Shown: in pieces, positions 40,998 to 51,924 of the stretch | How the letters are laid out: each line of letters begins with the position of its first letter | How positions within the stretch are numbered: the stretch's first letter is position 1 | Origin: a virus | IMG/VR virus record: IMGVR_UViG_3300044980_000010 | Location: 1-64,000 of that record | Length of the DNA stretch: 64,000 nucleotides | Direction: 5' to 3' (one strand) | Made by a program: the position numbers and the translations under genes | Notes under the pieces: generated by a model | The model's database searches: none | What the model saw: the letters and a program-made list of their open reading frames with translations, nothing else | What the model was told of the DNA's origin: nothing

Positions 40998-42711
40998 ACT
41001 CACACAAGGAGACCCAATGTGCGCTCAACCCAATACCCCGAACACTCCCAGCACTTCCACCAAGCAGGCGTCCACCAAGCCGGAGCCGAAGTGGTTAACG
41101 TTGAAGAAGAAGAACTTGTCTTCAGCCGGAAGGAACGCAAAGCGTACCGCCAAGCAATCCTCCAGCAGCGCACAGAAGCCAAACCAGCAGTCACGAAACG
41201 AAAAGCGAGCACGGTGGGCAAAGAAAAATAAGCCCACGGCTAAACGCCCAGCCGCGCCGCGTGGTCCCGTGAAGGAGTACCTGTGCGATTGCCATGGAGA
41301 ACCCGCCCGAAAGCCCAGAGCCGGGACGAAGGTAGCAGTGCAAGACCCCGAGTCGAAAAAGATGAAGGACAAGTTTCTCGGCCTCGGGAAGTGGCGCTGT
41401 GCCACTACTGGGAAACGCTGCAAGGTAACTCCTCAGGCTCCGAAGCCCAAAGAAGTGCCGCAGCCAACAATCGGAGGGACGGTGCCGGACATCATCTATC
41501 CGGCCAAGCTACAGACTCCGATGCTCGTTGTGCCACCACCCACGGAGGTGCTGGATGCGACAACTGCGGTCTAACGATTGGGAGTATATCGTGGCGGGGG
41601 TCAATCTGATCCTCGCCTTCATCCTCATCGCGGCGTGGAAGCGTACAGGCAGCGATGCCTACGCTATGGCCTCGGCGTGGTGCTCTGCAACATCAGTGGT
41701 CATGCTCGTTCAGATTCTACGGAGGGTTATCCATGACGGTAGGCATTAAAGGCCAACACATCTTCATCGTTCTGTTCTTCTTGCTCGCGTTGTTCCTGCT
41801 GTTTGAGGAAGAATCTAACGGAGCCGTGGGGAAGAGGCACGACAACTCGCTTGGCACCATGATGTACATGGACAACCCAATGTCGTACGTAGCTGGCTTA
41901 GTCACTGCGATTGCCTACGTCGATGAGGGCAAAGGAATCGTGGTGCGCGTGCAGCCCATTGGGACGTACAGCCTGTACACCGACGAGAAGCTATTCTGCA
42001 ATCCCGGCGCGGTCGAGAAGTTCAAGAACGTGGGGAACCCCATGGTGCTCACCTACCGCACCAAAGCAAGTCGCCTGATCGAAGGTATCGGATGCCACGA
42101 GCTAGTGAGCGTAGACGGCTTGAAGCCGAAGGAGATACAATGAACGTCACACACACAATGTGCGACCGAGAGTTCTGCAAGCACGACCATGCTCTCAAGA
42201 ACAGCTTGTTCAAAGAGAGGAAGGCTGATGGTGCCGGGAGCAGCGAGGACTGGTTCTATGTTTTCGATCTCTGTGCCACCTGTCAACAAACGCTGATCGA
42301 CGAAATCTTTGAGATCGTTCGCGTACGCCCATTCACCGAAGTGGATGCGCTGGCTCTGCTCAAGAAACTCCTTATCAAGTTCAGGGTGGGATAGATGCAA
42401 ACACTGAGCGCAATAGGGAGCGTAGCCTCCATCTTGGGCCTGCTCGTTTCCCTATACGTTCTGTGGAGAGAGTTGGCTCTGCAAGCCGACGTGACAAAAC
42501 TCAAGAAGGAAGAAGAGGATTGGCATGACCACAACCCTCGTCCGTAAACAAAGTTTGATCGAGCGGCTGCTTCGATGCAAGCATACCGCTGGAGAGTTCC
42601 GGTGCTGCAAGTACATCTGGCACCGCTGGTTTGGAACCGACATGAACCGATGGAGCCACTGCTACTACGAAGGGTGGCACACGGACTGCAAAGGCAGCAG
42701 GAGATGGGACA

Positions 42712-43152
42712 ATGAATATGCAGTACTCAAAGCAGGGCCTACAACTCACCGAATCGTTTGAGTCGTGCAGGCTGACAGCATACCCGGACATCAAAGGCAT
42801 CTGGACAATCGGCTGGGGTCACACTGGGCCGGAAGTAGTCGAAGGCTTGGTGTGGACTCAGGACCAGGCCGACAGTCAACTCGTGATCGACCTGCAACGG
42901 GCCGAGAACATGGTGAACAACAACGTCACCGTCGATTTGACGCAGGGGCAGTTCGACGCTCTGGTTGACTTCGCGTTCAACCTCGGCACCAATGCAGAAA
43001 AGGGTTCTACGCTGCTAAAGCTGGTCAACGAAAATGACACGCCTGATGCTGCGAAAGAGTTCGAGAAGTGGGATCATGCCTCAGGCGTCGTTGTGGCAGG
43101 ATTGCTGCGCCGTCGCCTAGCGGAGAAGCAGGAGTTCATCAATGGCGTATAA
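42712..43152 (+). CDS. Endolysin (GH24 phage lysozyme)
   Basis: FE.CRL.AY.D..G.WTIGWGHT, QFDALVDFAFNLG, GLLRRR.AE. Confidence 0.93.
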   Translation: MNMQYSKQGLQLTESFESCRLTAYPDIKGIWTIGWGHTGPEVVEGLVWTQDQADSQLVIDLQRAENMVNNNVTVDLTQGQFDALVDFAFNLGTNAEKGSTLLKLVNENDTPDAAKEFEKWDHASGVVVAGLLRRRLAEKQEFINGV

Positions 43153-44096
43153 TGAGAAGGCGTGGAAGATCGTCAAGAACTACCTGCCCACTCACTACAT
43201 CGGAGCCACTGGACCTTGCTGCGACAGGTGCAGCATGATGCTCCGTGCTGTGGTTGAAGCACAGATGGTAGCCGAGGCCGATAACCGTACCAGTTGTGCT
43301 GTCTCCTACAGGCTGGGCTATGACGCTGGCAAGCACGATGCCCATGTGGACGATCCAGACATGGACGGCACAGACTTCGCGCATCCGGCATGGTGGCGCG
43401 GTCACGAGTACTCCTTTGCAATGATGTGCAGAGAAGTGAATGACATTCTGGACGGCAAGAAAGCGAACGTGGGAACTGCCACGCAGCCATGGCAAGCATT
43501 GCGGCAACGGCTGTACGACATCCGCACGCTGCTAGGTTTAGCCGAGCGAGTCATCACGCAGATGCACTTCGACCGAATGAGCCAGTTCTACACGACCATT
43601 ATGCAGTGGTACAAGGTTCGCCAAGACTACGCAAAGCGCGTGGCTCAAATCCAAAAGGAGAACACCAAGTGATCGTTAAGCACATTGGAGCAGACGGCAG
43701 GGTGCGCCGGACGTTTGAAAACGTCAGTAGCATCTACCAGCACCAAAGCAATCACATCGTCACCGTTAACCGCGCACAACTCTATACCCAGACCGAGGGT
43801 GGCGTACCAACAGGGTTGACAGCCATGGAGGTGCCTCTGAAATACCGCACCGACAGTTTTGGGTGGAGCGTTGAGTACCCCATTTCTCTGATCCACTTGG
43901 CTGAAGGAGAATCAGTGGAGAGAGCAGACGATGAGCCTGCACGGGGTTAACTGGGGCGTTGTCGGAGGCTGGGCCGGAGCGGTGCTCAGTCTCATCTCGG
44001 CAGTGGGCTATGCGTACGCCAGAGACTGGCGGCATGCTTTGTACTTCTTCTTCGCGTTTGGAATAACCGTTGTAGTCATCTGGCCGGGGAGGTAAA

Positions 44097-44561
44097 ATGC
44101 CGAAGGGCGTGTACGAAAGATCGCCGGGACACCTAAAGAAACTGACGGCGCAAGTACTCAGGATCAAGCCTGAGCAAATGCGTGGTGTGTCGCACGGCGG
44201 CAAGGCACCACGTGGCTCTGAAGCCTTCAAACAACTATTGCGCGATGATCGAAACAGATACTCACGCACACCGAAGGGTCGCTACCAGCATTTGAAGTCC
44301 TCAGCGAAGTTACGAGGGCTTGAACTGAACCTCTCCTTGGAGGAGATGGAGGAAGTCAGAGCTATAGCCATCTGCTTTTATTGCAGAGGGCCGCTTCCGC
44401 AATGTGGGCACGGGTTAGACCGACTCAACAGTGACAAGGGCTACACCAAAGAGAACGTAGTGGCCTGCTGTAGCGGCTGCAACCGTAAGAAGGGCAGGCT
44501 TGAGGGGATAGGATTCAAGTTCCCACGGACTGTCGCTCTGATGAAGGAGCTAATGCAATGA
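44097..44561 (+). CDS. HNH endonuclease (paralog of 53053-53460)
   Basis: CFYC.GPL...LDRL.S.KGYT.ENVVACC..CN. Confidence 0.82.
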   Translation: MPKGVYERSPGHLKKLTAQVLRIKPEQMRGVSHGGKAPRGSEAFKQLLRDDRNRYSRTPKGRYQHLKSSAKLRGLELNLSLEEMEEVRAIAICFYCRGPLPQCGHGLDRLNSDKGYTKENVVACCSGCNRKKGRLEGIGFKFPRTVALMKELMQ

Positions 44562-45004
44562 ATCGCATATTTATCGACATGGATGGAGTGCTGGTGGACT
44601 TCCAGAAGCGCATGGAAGAACGCGGACTCACCGGAGACGAACTGAAGCGCGAGCAGGGTGCCTACCTTAGCATGCCTCCGTTCCCCGGTGGGCTGGAAGC
44701 GGTTCGCTCTCTCATTGGCGCAGGCTTCGAGGTATGGGTTGCCACCAAGCCGCCTACGGGAATCTGGTGGGCGTACGCGGACAAGGCTGAGTGGGTCATA
44801 CAGCACCTGCCGGAGTTGAAGCGCCGCATCATCATCACGCATGACAAAGGTCTGCTGGGCGACGAAGGAGACATACTCGTCGATGACAGGCCACACAAAG
44901 CGAACTGCGAGAAGTTCCGTGGTACGCTGATCCGCTTCGGCCAGTTCCAATGGAAATCTTGGACCGAGGTGCTGGGATACCTGTTGAGCAGGAAGCCACA
45001 ATGA
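44558..45004 (+). CDS. HAD 5'(3')-deoxyribonucleotidase
   Basis: IDMDGVLVDF, K..W, LVDDR. Confidence 0.88.
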   Translation: MNRIFIDMDGVLVDFQKRMEERGLTGDELKREQGAYLSMPPFPGGLEAVRSLIGAGFEVWVATKPPTGIWWAYADKAEWVIQHLPELKRRIIITHDKGLLGDEGDILVDDRPHKANCEKFRGTLIRFGQFQWKSWTEVLGYLLSRKPQ

Positions 45005-45913
45005 TCGGAGAAGACATGGAGTATCCGAAGTGCCCCAAGTGTCCGTACAATCAGGATGGACACATCGCACCGTCCACTGTTAAAATAGGAAGCTGGTACT
45101 GCCACAAGTGCGGCTCCTACTTCGACAAAATCTCAGGCATCGCTCCACCTGCTCCCGAGTTGAAGTCTCTGGTCGTTCTGGAGACCGATGAGAACCTTCG
45201 CTGGGCCGCAGAGGAAGTGGAAGGCGCTATCGACAGGGCGCTGGCTCAGTTCTACGCCGGGATCAACAGCACAGACCGTGAACTGCTGGCGAGCAAGCAC
45301 ATCGCCGTCAATGGCGACTTCAGGAGACCCGAGTGAACGCCAGACAGCGCACACCAGAGCAGAACGCACGGGTAGAGAGACTGGCGAAGGACTTGCATCG
45401 CCACTACCGCGCCGGAGAGAAGGCGCTAGGACCTCCATGGATGGAACGCCCACGACCACGGCTGGGATGCGTGCAGCAAGCAGAAGTACTTCCGGCAGAG
45501 AGCCGTCAGAGAACTACGCGGCGTGCTATAATGAAGTTGTGAGGAGTAGATGAAGAACCGTAAGAGTTGGAGACGTAAGAGGTGTGAAGGGTGCAAGAAG
45601 AAGTTCTGGGTGAGACTGTGCTACTTGCGCCGAAGGTGGAACGCCGGAAGATTTTGCAGCATACCATGCAGATCAAAGAAGCCACGCCTTTCGGAGTTGA
45701 GCAAGAAGATAGGAAAGAAAGTCGCAAGGCAGTACCGCCAGAAGGAACTGTTTCAGAAAACTAGGATAAACGCTCTTAGGAGGCTAGTGCTACAACTCGG
45801 TAGCAAGGCTAGGAAGTTCTTCAACGTGAAGTGCAAGGTGTGTAATCAACTAGAATACGTGGAACGATGCTTCGGAGTTCGTAAGCACAGCGTAATCTGG
45901 AGAGGATAAATAT

Positions 45914-46498
45914 ATGCGTATTGGGATAGATTGCGACGACGTGTGTTGTGATTTCCAGAGTTCCTACGTGGCTCTGTTGAATAGGATTTTCGGGAAACCT
46001 CCATTGGGGACAGCACCCATTGACTGGGAAGGTTCCAATCTTCAACTGAACGCAGAGGAAACAGCACGGTCATGGGCTGAGGTTGCCAAAGTGAAGAACT
46101 TCTGGTCAACTCTTGCCCCTCTCCCTTCTTTCGATACAGAGACCATCAGGTTGCTACAGACTGCGTTAACTCTGCATGACGTGTTCTTCGTAACCAACCG
46201 CTTCGAGACACCGGGAGCCAGCCCGTTGAAGCAGACGAAGTACTGGCTGTACATCAACGCTTACATCCAAGCGCCAAACGTGCTGATCGCCAAGGACAAA
46301 GGCCCCATGGCTTCAGTCCTGCAACTCGATGCCTTCATCGACGACCGTCCGAAGAACTGCATCGACGTGCTGGCTGCGCGGCCTGCCTGCAAGATTTATC
46401 TGGCCGACTCCTCGCACAACCAAGCCTTCAACGATCCGCGCTTCCCGCGTGTGAAAGACCTGAAGGAGTTCTTGAAGCTGATCTTGGAGGCTAACTAA
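45914..46498 (+). CDS. Second HAD 5'-nucleotidase-like protein
   Basis: IGIDCDDV, VTNR, TK.WL, FIDDRPKN, HN. Confidence 0.85.
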   Translation: MRIGIDCDDVCCDFQSSYVALLNRIFGKPPLGTAPIDWEGSNLQLNAEETARSWAEVAKVKNFWSTLAPLPSFDTETIRLLQTALTLHDVFFVTNRFETPGASPLKQTKYWLYINAYIQAPNVLIAKDKGPMASVLQLDAFIDDRPKNCIDVLAARPACKIYLADSSHNQAFNDPRFPRVKDLKEFLKLILEAN

Positions 46499-47245
46499 TG
46501 GCGAAGACGCCTGCCGAGAAGATCGCTGATTTGATTCGCAAGACGAGCACGGATAACCGTGGCGACTTGTTCCGCGAGATCGCGGTCGCACTGAAGACTA
46601 ACGGCCAAGCGTACACGGCGAAGGGTTTTGATGTCCTCGCCGTGGTCTACGAGAAAGGATTCTGCTAATGTTCGGAAACGACATTGAAGGTCGCTACAAG
46701 CATGACAGCACGTTCCGGCGCGTCGTGGATCAGATGCGTGCTCTGCTTAGTGCCTACCACATCACTCCCGGCGAACTGCGCGAGGCTTCCATCCTAGCCG
46801 CGACGATGCATGAGTCCGAGAACATACGGCCTCTCTACATCCTCAAGTATGACCGGGATGCAATGATTTATCCCATGCGCTTTGACATGAACCCTCCCGC
46901 TTTGTTTGGTGGCGACTCTCGTACAGGTCGGTGGGTGACGAGCACTCCCAACGTAACCGAGCAGGACAAGAAGTCTGAGCCTGAGAAACCCAAGTACAAA
47001 TGCATCTGTAACTACACTGGCACGGTAGCTGCGCTGCATTCTCAGACGTGCAAGGATTACAACTGGTCCGTGACTCACCCCTCGCTGTTCACCGAGCACG
47101 TGTATGGCGAATGGCACAAAGGTCTGGGCAACGACAATGAGTGGCGCATGTGTATACGGTGTCAGATGAGCAGCACCTACATCGAGCACAACAAGATCAC
47201 CACCTGCACTGGCAAGTACGTTCAACCAAAATCATAGGAGGCACC

Positions 47246-48322
47246 ATGGCACTCTTCGGCACAGCCGCTGCACCAAAGAAGCTGGACCTGACAAAACGAA
47301 ATCCCATTCTCGACCCACTGCTCAAGAAGATGCAGGATCGCCTAGTAGGGCAAGGTAACGCCGCAGAGGTGCTGGTTGACATGGTGGCGACTCACCTGTC
47401 AGGTTTCGGTGCTCCCGGTAGGCCAGCAGGCAATGCGCTGCTCCTTGGGCCTACAGGCGCTGGCAAGACGCACGCCGTGGAGGTTCTGTGCGAGGGACTT
47501 GTAGGGGATGCAAAGGGTCTGATCAAAGTAGATTGTGCCGAGTTTCAACACTCGCACGAGATCGCCAAGCTGATAGGCTCGCCTCCCGGCTACCTAGGGC
47601 ACCGCGAGACACCTCCTCTGTTGACTCAGGAGCGCATCAACGCGCTGCACAAAGAGGGCATGCCGTTATCTGTCATTCTCTTCGATGAGATCGAGAAGGC
47701 TTCGGACGCTCTGTGGCAGTTGCTGCTGGGCGTGCTCGACAAAGCCACGCTGACTCTAGGTGACAACCGCGTGACTAACTTCGAGCACTGCATCATTCTG
47801 ATGACCTCCAACCTTGGTGCTAAGGAGATGCACGCCAAGAAGTACGGCTTCAAACAGAGCGAAGAGATCGAAATCATCAACGATGAGAAGAACGAGGAGA
47901 TCGCGCTCTCTGCCGCCAAGAAGCACTTCACGGCTGAGTTCATCAACCGCCTCGATCACATCGTGACGTTCAATACGTTGACCAAGCCGCAGGTGGCTCA
48001 GGTTATGAAGATCGAACTGGACCTGATCCAGAAGATGTTCTGGGACAAGGCGAAGTTCATCTACCAACTCACCCCTGCTGCGAAGTACACGATCTTGGAA
48101 GAGGGCTACAGCATCGAGTACGGCGCTCGCAATCTGAAGCGCGTCATTGAGAAGCGCCTGCGGCTTCCGCTGGCTGGACTAGTGTCCTCTGGGCAGATTT
48201 CACCGGGAGCTACACTGGTCATCGACCAAGCCCACCCGAAGGACAAGCAGTTCGAGTTCATCTCGACCAAGCTGGCCGGGACGAACATCACATTCAAAGA
48301 TGCCGAGGAGGCAATATTATGA
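47246..48322 (+). CDS. Stand-alone ClpA/ClpB D2-type AAA+ ATPase
   Basis: LVGQ, GPTGAGKT, KLIGSPPGYLG pore loop, LFDEIEKA, MTSNLG, EFINRLD, YGARNLKR. Confidence 0.9.
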   Translation: MALFGTAAAPKKLDLTKRNPILDPLLKKMQDRLVGQGNAAEVLVDMVATHLSGFGAPGRPAGNALLLGPTGAGKTHAVEVLCEGLVGDAKGLIKVDCAEFQHSHEIAKLIGSPPGYLGHRETPPLLTQERINALHKEGMPLSVILFDEIEKASDALWQLLLGVLDKATLTLGDNRVTNFEHCIILMTSNLGAKEMHAKKYGFKQSEEIEIINDEKNEEIALSAAKKHFTAEFINRLDHIVTFNTLTKPQVAQVMKIELDLIQKMFWDKAKFIYQLTPAAKYTILEEGYSIEYGARNLKRVIEKRLRLPLAGLVSSGQISPGATLVIDQAHPKDKQFEFISTKLAGTNITFKDAEEAIL

Positions 48323-48635
48323 AGAAAACAAAAGTAACCGTAAAGTCGCTGCGTGAGGAACTGAAGAACGTGCAAGAGAACTTCGACGTGTACCGCGAGA
48401 AGACTCGCGCTTACATCTTCGAGAACGCCAGTCTGGGAAACCGCCGTCGCCTGATGTCGATCACGCCTGCCAACGAAAAAGGCATGATCAACGGTATGAC
48501 GATTCCAGAACTGGTCATGCTCGTCAACCTCAACGAAGGAACCGGAGAAGTGGTTCTGTTGGAGACTGAGAACAACAAGAAAGACCTCGTGGTCATAGCC
48601 AAGAAGAAAGGGCCGCGCACCCCGGTGGACCTCCT

Positions 48636-49496
48636 GTGATAATCGACCCTCTCTTCAAAGGAACCGCCCTCAGCAACGAAGGGCTGGACAAGGCAGTGGG
48701 CATCGGGGAAGCCTTCACGAAGCTGCTGCAAGTGCTGGACGAAGTTTGTCCAAAGAGCCGCGAGTTCTCCATCGCTCGCACCAAACTGGAAGAGGCTTCG
48801 TTCTACGCAAAGAAATCTCTCACCAACTACGAAGGCAACCGCCAACCGTTGCCAGAAGGGAACTCTAACGTGGGATTCACTATCGAGTTCTCATACAACG
48901 ACGCGCCTTTCACGGCATCCAGCAATGACTCTCTCACCACAAACGGAGAGAGTCTGGATAACGTGGTATTCCAAGATCGCGCAGCAGCGGAGAAAGAAGC
49001 AACTCTGCAAGAACACCAGATGGGAATACGCTACAAATACTGGGTGGTGAGCACTGGCATTACAGTTGCGCCTAGCACTGGTCTTAAAGTTGTGCCTCGC
49101 ACTGCGATCTACGACGCCATTACCAAAGAAGATCAGTACGCGCAGGGCTGGGCAAAGGGCAAGCGCAGCGTGGATGGCACCGTGCCGGACCACCTCGTAT
49201 CTCGCCAGACAGGCCAGCCGTTCTCTTCCATGGAGTGGGTTATCTTCGCAGAGAAGTACCTCAACGAAGCAAAGACGGCCTACGCAAACTTCCTGCCTGA
49301 CATGAACGTGGTCAACATCCGTCTCCTCAAGGCAGCATCACTGCTAGTCAGTGCATTGCAGTGTTCTGCCTCCCAACAGGATTTGGACAAGATCGCGGGT
49401 GTGTCGAGCACTGGGTTCCCCATTCAACATGGAGGACTCTCCGCATTCAAACAGTACGCGAAAGACAATCCAGAGTTCGCAGGAGACCGAGCATGA
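48636..49496 (+). CDS. Fusion of an Acb2/Tad1-like helical hairpin and a MazG-like all-alpha domain
   Basis: N-term CPKSREFSIARTKLEEASFYAKK; C-term AIYDAI..E..YA..W...EW....EKYLNEA...LLKAASL. Confidence 0.55.
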   Translation: MIIDPLFKGTALSNEGLDKAVGIGEAFTKLLQVLDEVCPKSREFSIARTKLEEASFYAKKSLTNYEGNRQPLPEGNSNVGFTIEFSYNDAPFTASSNDSLTTNGESLDNVVFQDRAAAEKEATLQEHQMGIRYKYWVVSTGITVAPSTGLKVVPRTAIYDAITKEDQYAQGWAKGKRSVDGTVPDHLVSRQTGQPFSSMEWVIFAEKYLNEAKTAYANFLPDMNVVNIRLLKAASLLVSALQCSASQQDLDKIAGVSSTGFPIQHGGLSAFKQYAKDNPEFAGDRA

Positions 49497-50323
49497 GCGA
49501 CGGAATAAAGACCATAGCATTTGACGAAGCCAGCAACTTTGCTTGCACCGCTGCCGAAGAAGTTCGCGGCAAGCTGGTAGTGGGTGAGCCGGAGCAGGAA
49601 GAACTGACCATGGAAGAGGATGTCGTCGATGACTTCCTAACTCTGGAGAGCGACGGAGAGAAGCTGGTACTGGAGGCCGGGGATCAGCAACTGGTCCTAG
49701 CCGATTCCGAGTTCCACTCCAAACGCGACATCCGTGAGTTTGCAGACGACGTTCGCAACGTGCTCGAATCGCTGGCGTACTCAGTGACCGAGCGCCTACG
49801 TCAGCGCATCAGTGCCGAGCGCCGGGAAGAGCAGGCGAAGAACCTCAGATTCCTGAAGTTCATGCGAAACGTTTACAAAGCGTTAACGGAGAACTCCATT
49901 GCAGCAGCACAGAAGAAGGCCCAGTTCAAGTTCGACTTCTTGACCAAGGTTGCCTCCTCGGCTTTGACTTCGCTCCGGCAGGAGTTGGAAGGTCTGAAGA
50001 ACGCGCTGGCATCCGAGCGGCAAGAAGTGCGGCGTCTGCTGAACGTCATCAGCGAGAACAAGCGACCAGCGATCTACCTGATTGCTGAGGAACCATTCAT
50101 GGGAGTTCGTCAGCCGGGATGGGTTGTGATCGACGCCACATGGAAGCGCGGCCCAATGCACCTGAACGAGAGCGGTTACTTGGCGACCGCCTCAGAGGAC
50201 TTCAAGCCAACGGTGTTCTACAAGGAAGAAGACGCCCTGAAAGCCATCGAGGACACGCGGAACTTCAACAACGGTTCGCACACGTGGAGCAACAACGTGT
50301 ACTTCGCCGTCCAGATGGTGTAG
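49493..50323 (+). CDS. Hypothetical coiled-coil protein
   Basis: SD AGGAG; last gene before the terminator. Confidence 0.6.
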   Translation: MSDGIKTIAFDEASNFACTAAEEVRGKLVVGEPEQEELTMEEDVVDDFLTLESDGEKLVLEAGDQQLVLADSEFHSKRDIREFADDVRNVLESLAYSVTERLRQRISAERREEQAKNLRFLKFMRNVYKALTENSIAAAQKKAQFKFDFLTKVASSALTSLRQELEGLKNALASERQEVRRLLNVISENKRPAIYLIAEEPFMGVRQPGWVVIDATWKRGPMHLNESGYLATASEDFKPTVFYKEEDALKAIEDTRNFNNGSHTWSNNVYFAVQMV

Positions 50324-50350
50324 TCAAGTTTTCTTGCAAATAAACTGGAC

Positions 50351-50400
50351 AAAAAAAATAGCCCCACCGATTCCCGAAAGGGAGTTGGTGGGGCTTTTCT
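50351..50400. terminator. Bidirectional Rho-independent terminator
   Basis: A8 - AGCCCCACC/GGTGGGGCT hairpin with GAAA loop - T tract, between convergent blocks. Confidence 0.9.
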
Positions 50401-50750
50401 TATTTCCGCATCATTTCTTTGTACCACTGTGGAGGCCACGTGCCGAAGTGTTCCTGCTTCCAGTCATACAACCATGAAGTGGGATCGTTGGCTTCTACGT
50501 AGCGGAACCAGTCGTGGTGATCCAGTCCTTGCCAAGTCTGATGGCCGTCGCGGTTCCACGAATAGACCTCGTTGTGGGCGCACTGCAAACGGTGTGGGAG
50601 AACCACGTCGAACTCTTCAGTGTGAAGAGCGATGTGGAGGGCTTGGCGGTGAGCACGGCGTACGCCACGGGCTGCAAGGGTCTTGTCGTACTGTGCTGAG
50701 TTGTTGCCGCAGATCGCGGCGAAGGGTTGGTGCTTGTAGCTTCTGCTCAT
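50400..50750 (-). CDS. Basic phage hypothetical protein (MSRSYK...K..A.R.VRR family)
   Basis: SD AAGGAG; recognisable phage motif. Confidence 0.65.
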   Translation of the reverse strand: MSRSYKHQPFAAICGNNSAQYDKTLAARGVRRAHRQALHIALHTEEFDVVLPHRLQCAHNEVYSWNRDGHQTWQGLDHHDWFRYVEANDPTSWLYDWKQEHFGTWPPQWYKEMMRK

Positions 50751-50840
50751 GTGACTCCTTAGAAAATCTAAAGTGTCATTGTGAGCCTCCTGTTCTGTCT
50801 GCTACGCGAACCTTTAATAACGATTCGCCTTATTAAAGTT

Positions 50841-50918
50841 TGGTTGCGGTGGAAGGATTTGAACCTCCGTGATCAGGTTATGGGCCTGCGCTGGAACCGG
50901 ACTCCAGTCTACACCGCA
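50841..50918 (-). tRNA. tRNA-Met(CAT), initiator-like, atypical
   Basis: TGCGGTG/CACCGCA acceptor, anticodon CAT, TTCAAAT loop, CCA. Confidence 0.8.
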
Positions 50919-50921
50919 TCA

Positions 50922-50999
50922 TGGTCAGGATGGCAGGATTTGAACCTGCGACCACTCGCATCCGAGGCGAGGACTCTGGCCAGACTGAGCTACATCCTG
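50922..50999 (-). tRNA. tRNA-Pro(CGG)
   Basis: Full cloverleaf, CCA. Confidence 0.92.
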
Positions 51000-51014
51000 T
51001 TGTTGAAAAAAAAA

Positions 51015-51090
51015 TGGTAGGCATGGATGGGATCGAACCACCAACCAGTGGAATCAGAGTCCACCGTTCTGCCAGTTGAACTACATGCCT
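51015..51090 (-). tRNA. tRNA-Gln(CTG)
   Basis: Full cloverleaf, CCA. Confidence 0.9.
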
Positions 51091-51091
51091 G

Positions 51092-51167
51092 TGGTGGGGA
51101 TGGATGGAATCGAACCACCGACGCGCAGCTTTTCAGACTGCCGCTCTACCAACTGAGCTACATCCCC
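51092..51167 (-). tRNA. tRNA-Phe(GAA)
   Basis: Full cloverleaf, CCA. Confidence 0.93.
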
Positions 51168-51174
51168 GTGTTGC

Positions 51175-51552
51175 TTAGGAAACTTCCTGTGCCGATGTGA
51201 CGTTGCCTGCGGCAGTGCTGATGCTGTTGCCGGACGTTGCCAGCTTAACAGTAAGTGTTGCGTTCTGGCCGGAGCCACTGATGGCGGTGACCACGCCGAT
51301 TGCTGTGACCTGATTCCCGACAGCACCGTAGGACTTTCCGTCGATGCTCACTGCAACGTGGTTTGCGTCCGCCTGATGTTCGTTGGTGTAGGCGTCGTTA
51401 GCTTGGATGTTGAAGGTGCTCGCATCGAACGGTGCCTGTACAGTGACTGTTGCTTTCGATCCCGTGCCGGACACGGACGATACTCTTGCTGTGATGGAGA
51501 CGCTATCATTGACAGCGACCGTGGAGCCGTTCTTGTTGATTCCTGTGCTCAT
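51175..51552 (-). CDS. Beta-rich two-repeat protein inside the tRNA cluster
   Basis: SD AAGGA; duplicated halves VSSVSGTGSKATVTV / VTAISGSGQNATLTV. Confidence 0.7.
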   Translation of the reverse strand: MSTGINKNGSTVAVNDSVSITARVSSVSGTGSKATVTVQAPFDASTFNIQANDAYTNEHQADANHVAVSIDGKSYGAVGNQVTAIGVVTAISGSGQNATLTVKLATSGNSISTAAGNVTSAQEVS

Positions 51553-51570
51553 GTGTTGATCCTTTCAAAA

Positions 51571-51644
51571 TGGCACCCGAGGTTGGACTTGAACCAACAA
51601 CGCAGCGTTTTGGAGACGCGCAGTTTGCTTGAGCCTACTCGGGC
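51571..51644 (-). tRNA. tRNA-Trp(CCA)
   Basis: GCCCGAG/CTCGGGT acceptor, anticodon CCA, weak D arm, CCA end. Confidence 0.82.
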
Positions 51645-51654
51645 AAAACTTTTA

Positions 51655-51731
51655 TGGAGCGACCGGAGAGATTTGAACTCTCGACCTTCCCCATGGCAAG
51701 GGGACGCTCTACCAGACTGAGCTACGGTCGC
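51655..51731 (-). tRNA. tRNA-Gly(GCC)
   Basis: Full cloverleaf, U73, CCA. Confidence 0.93.
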
Positions 51732-51810
51732 GGGGTGACGTGTGGAAGTCGAATCCACCAGAACTGGGTTCACAAGCCAGTGCAACAGTTCCCAGAGTTG
51801 CCAACGTCAC
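51732..51810 (-). tRNA. tRNA-His(GTG)
   Basis: GTGACGT/ACGTCAC acceptor, C73, anticodon GTG. Confidence 0.82.
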
Positions 51811-51924
51811 AGTTGGTGCGCCTGTCCGGCGCGAAGCGTCTCAAAACGAGATTAAATAAGTCCTTTGTTTTCAACAAACCCTCATTGCGAGCGTTTGGTG
51901 GCGTTTTGGAGGGACTTTGGCTCC

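Noticed and set aside
7500-50323. Long minus-strand ORFs in the ORF track (e.g. 17714-18502, 22520-23179, 24128-24811)
   Set aside because: Antisense shadows of well-supported plus-strand genes, without SD or motifs
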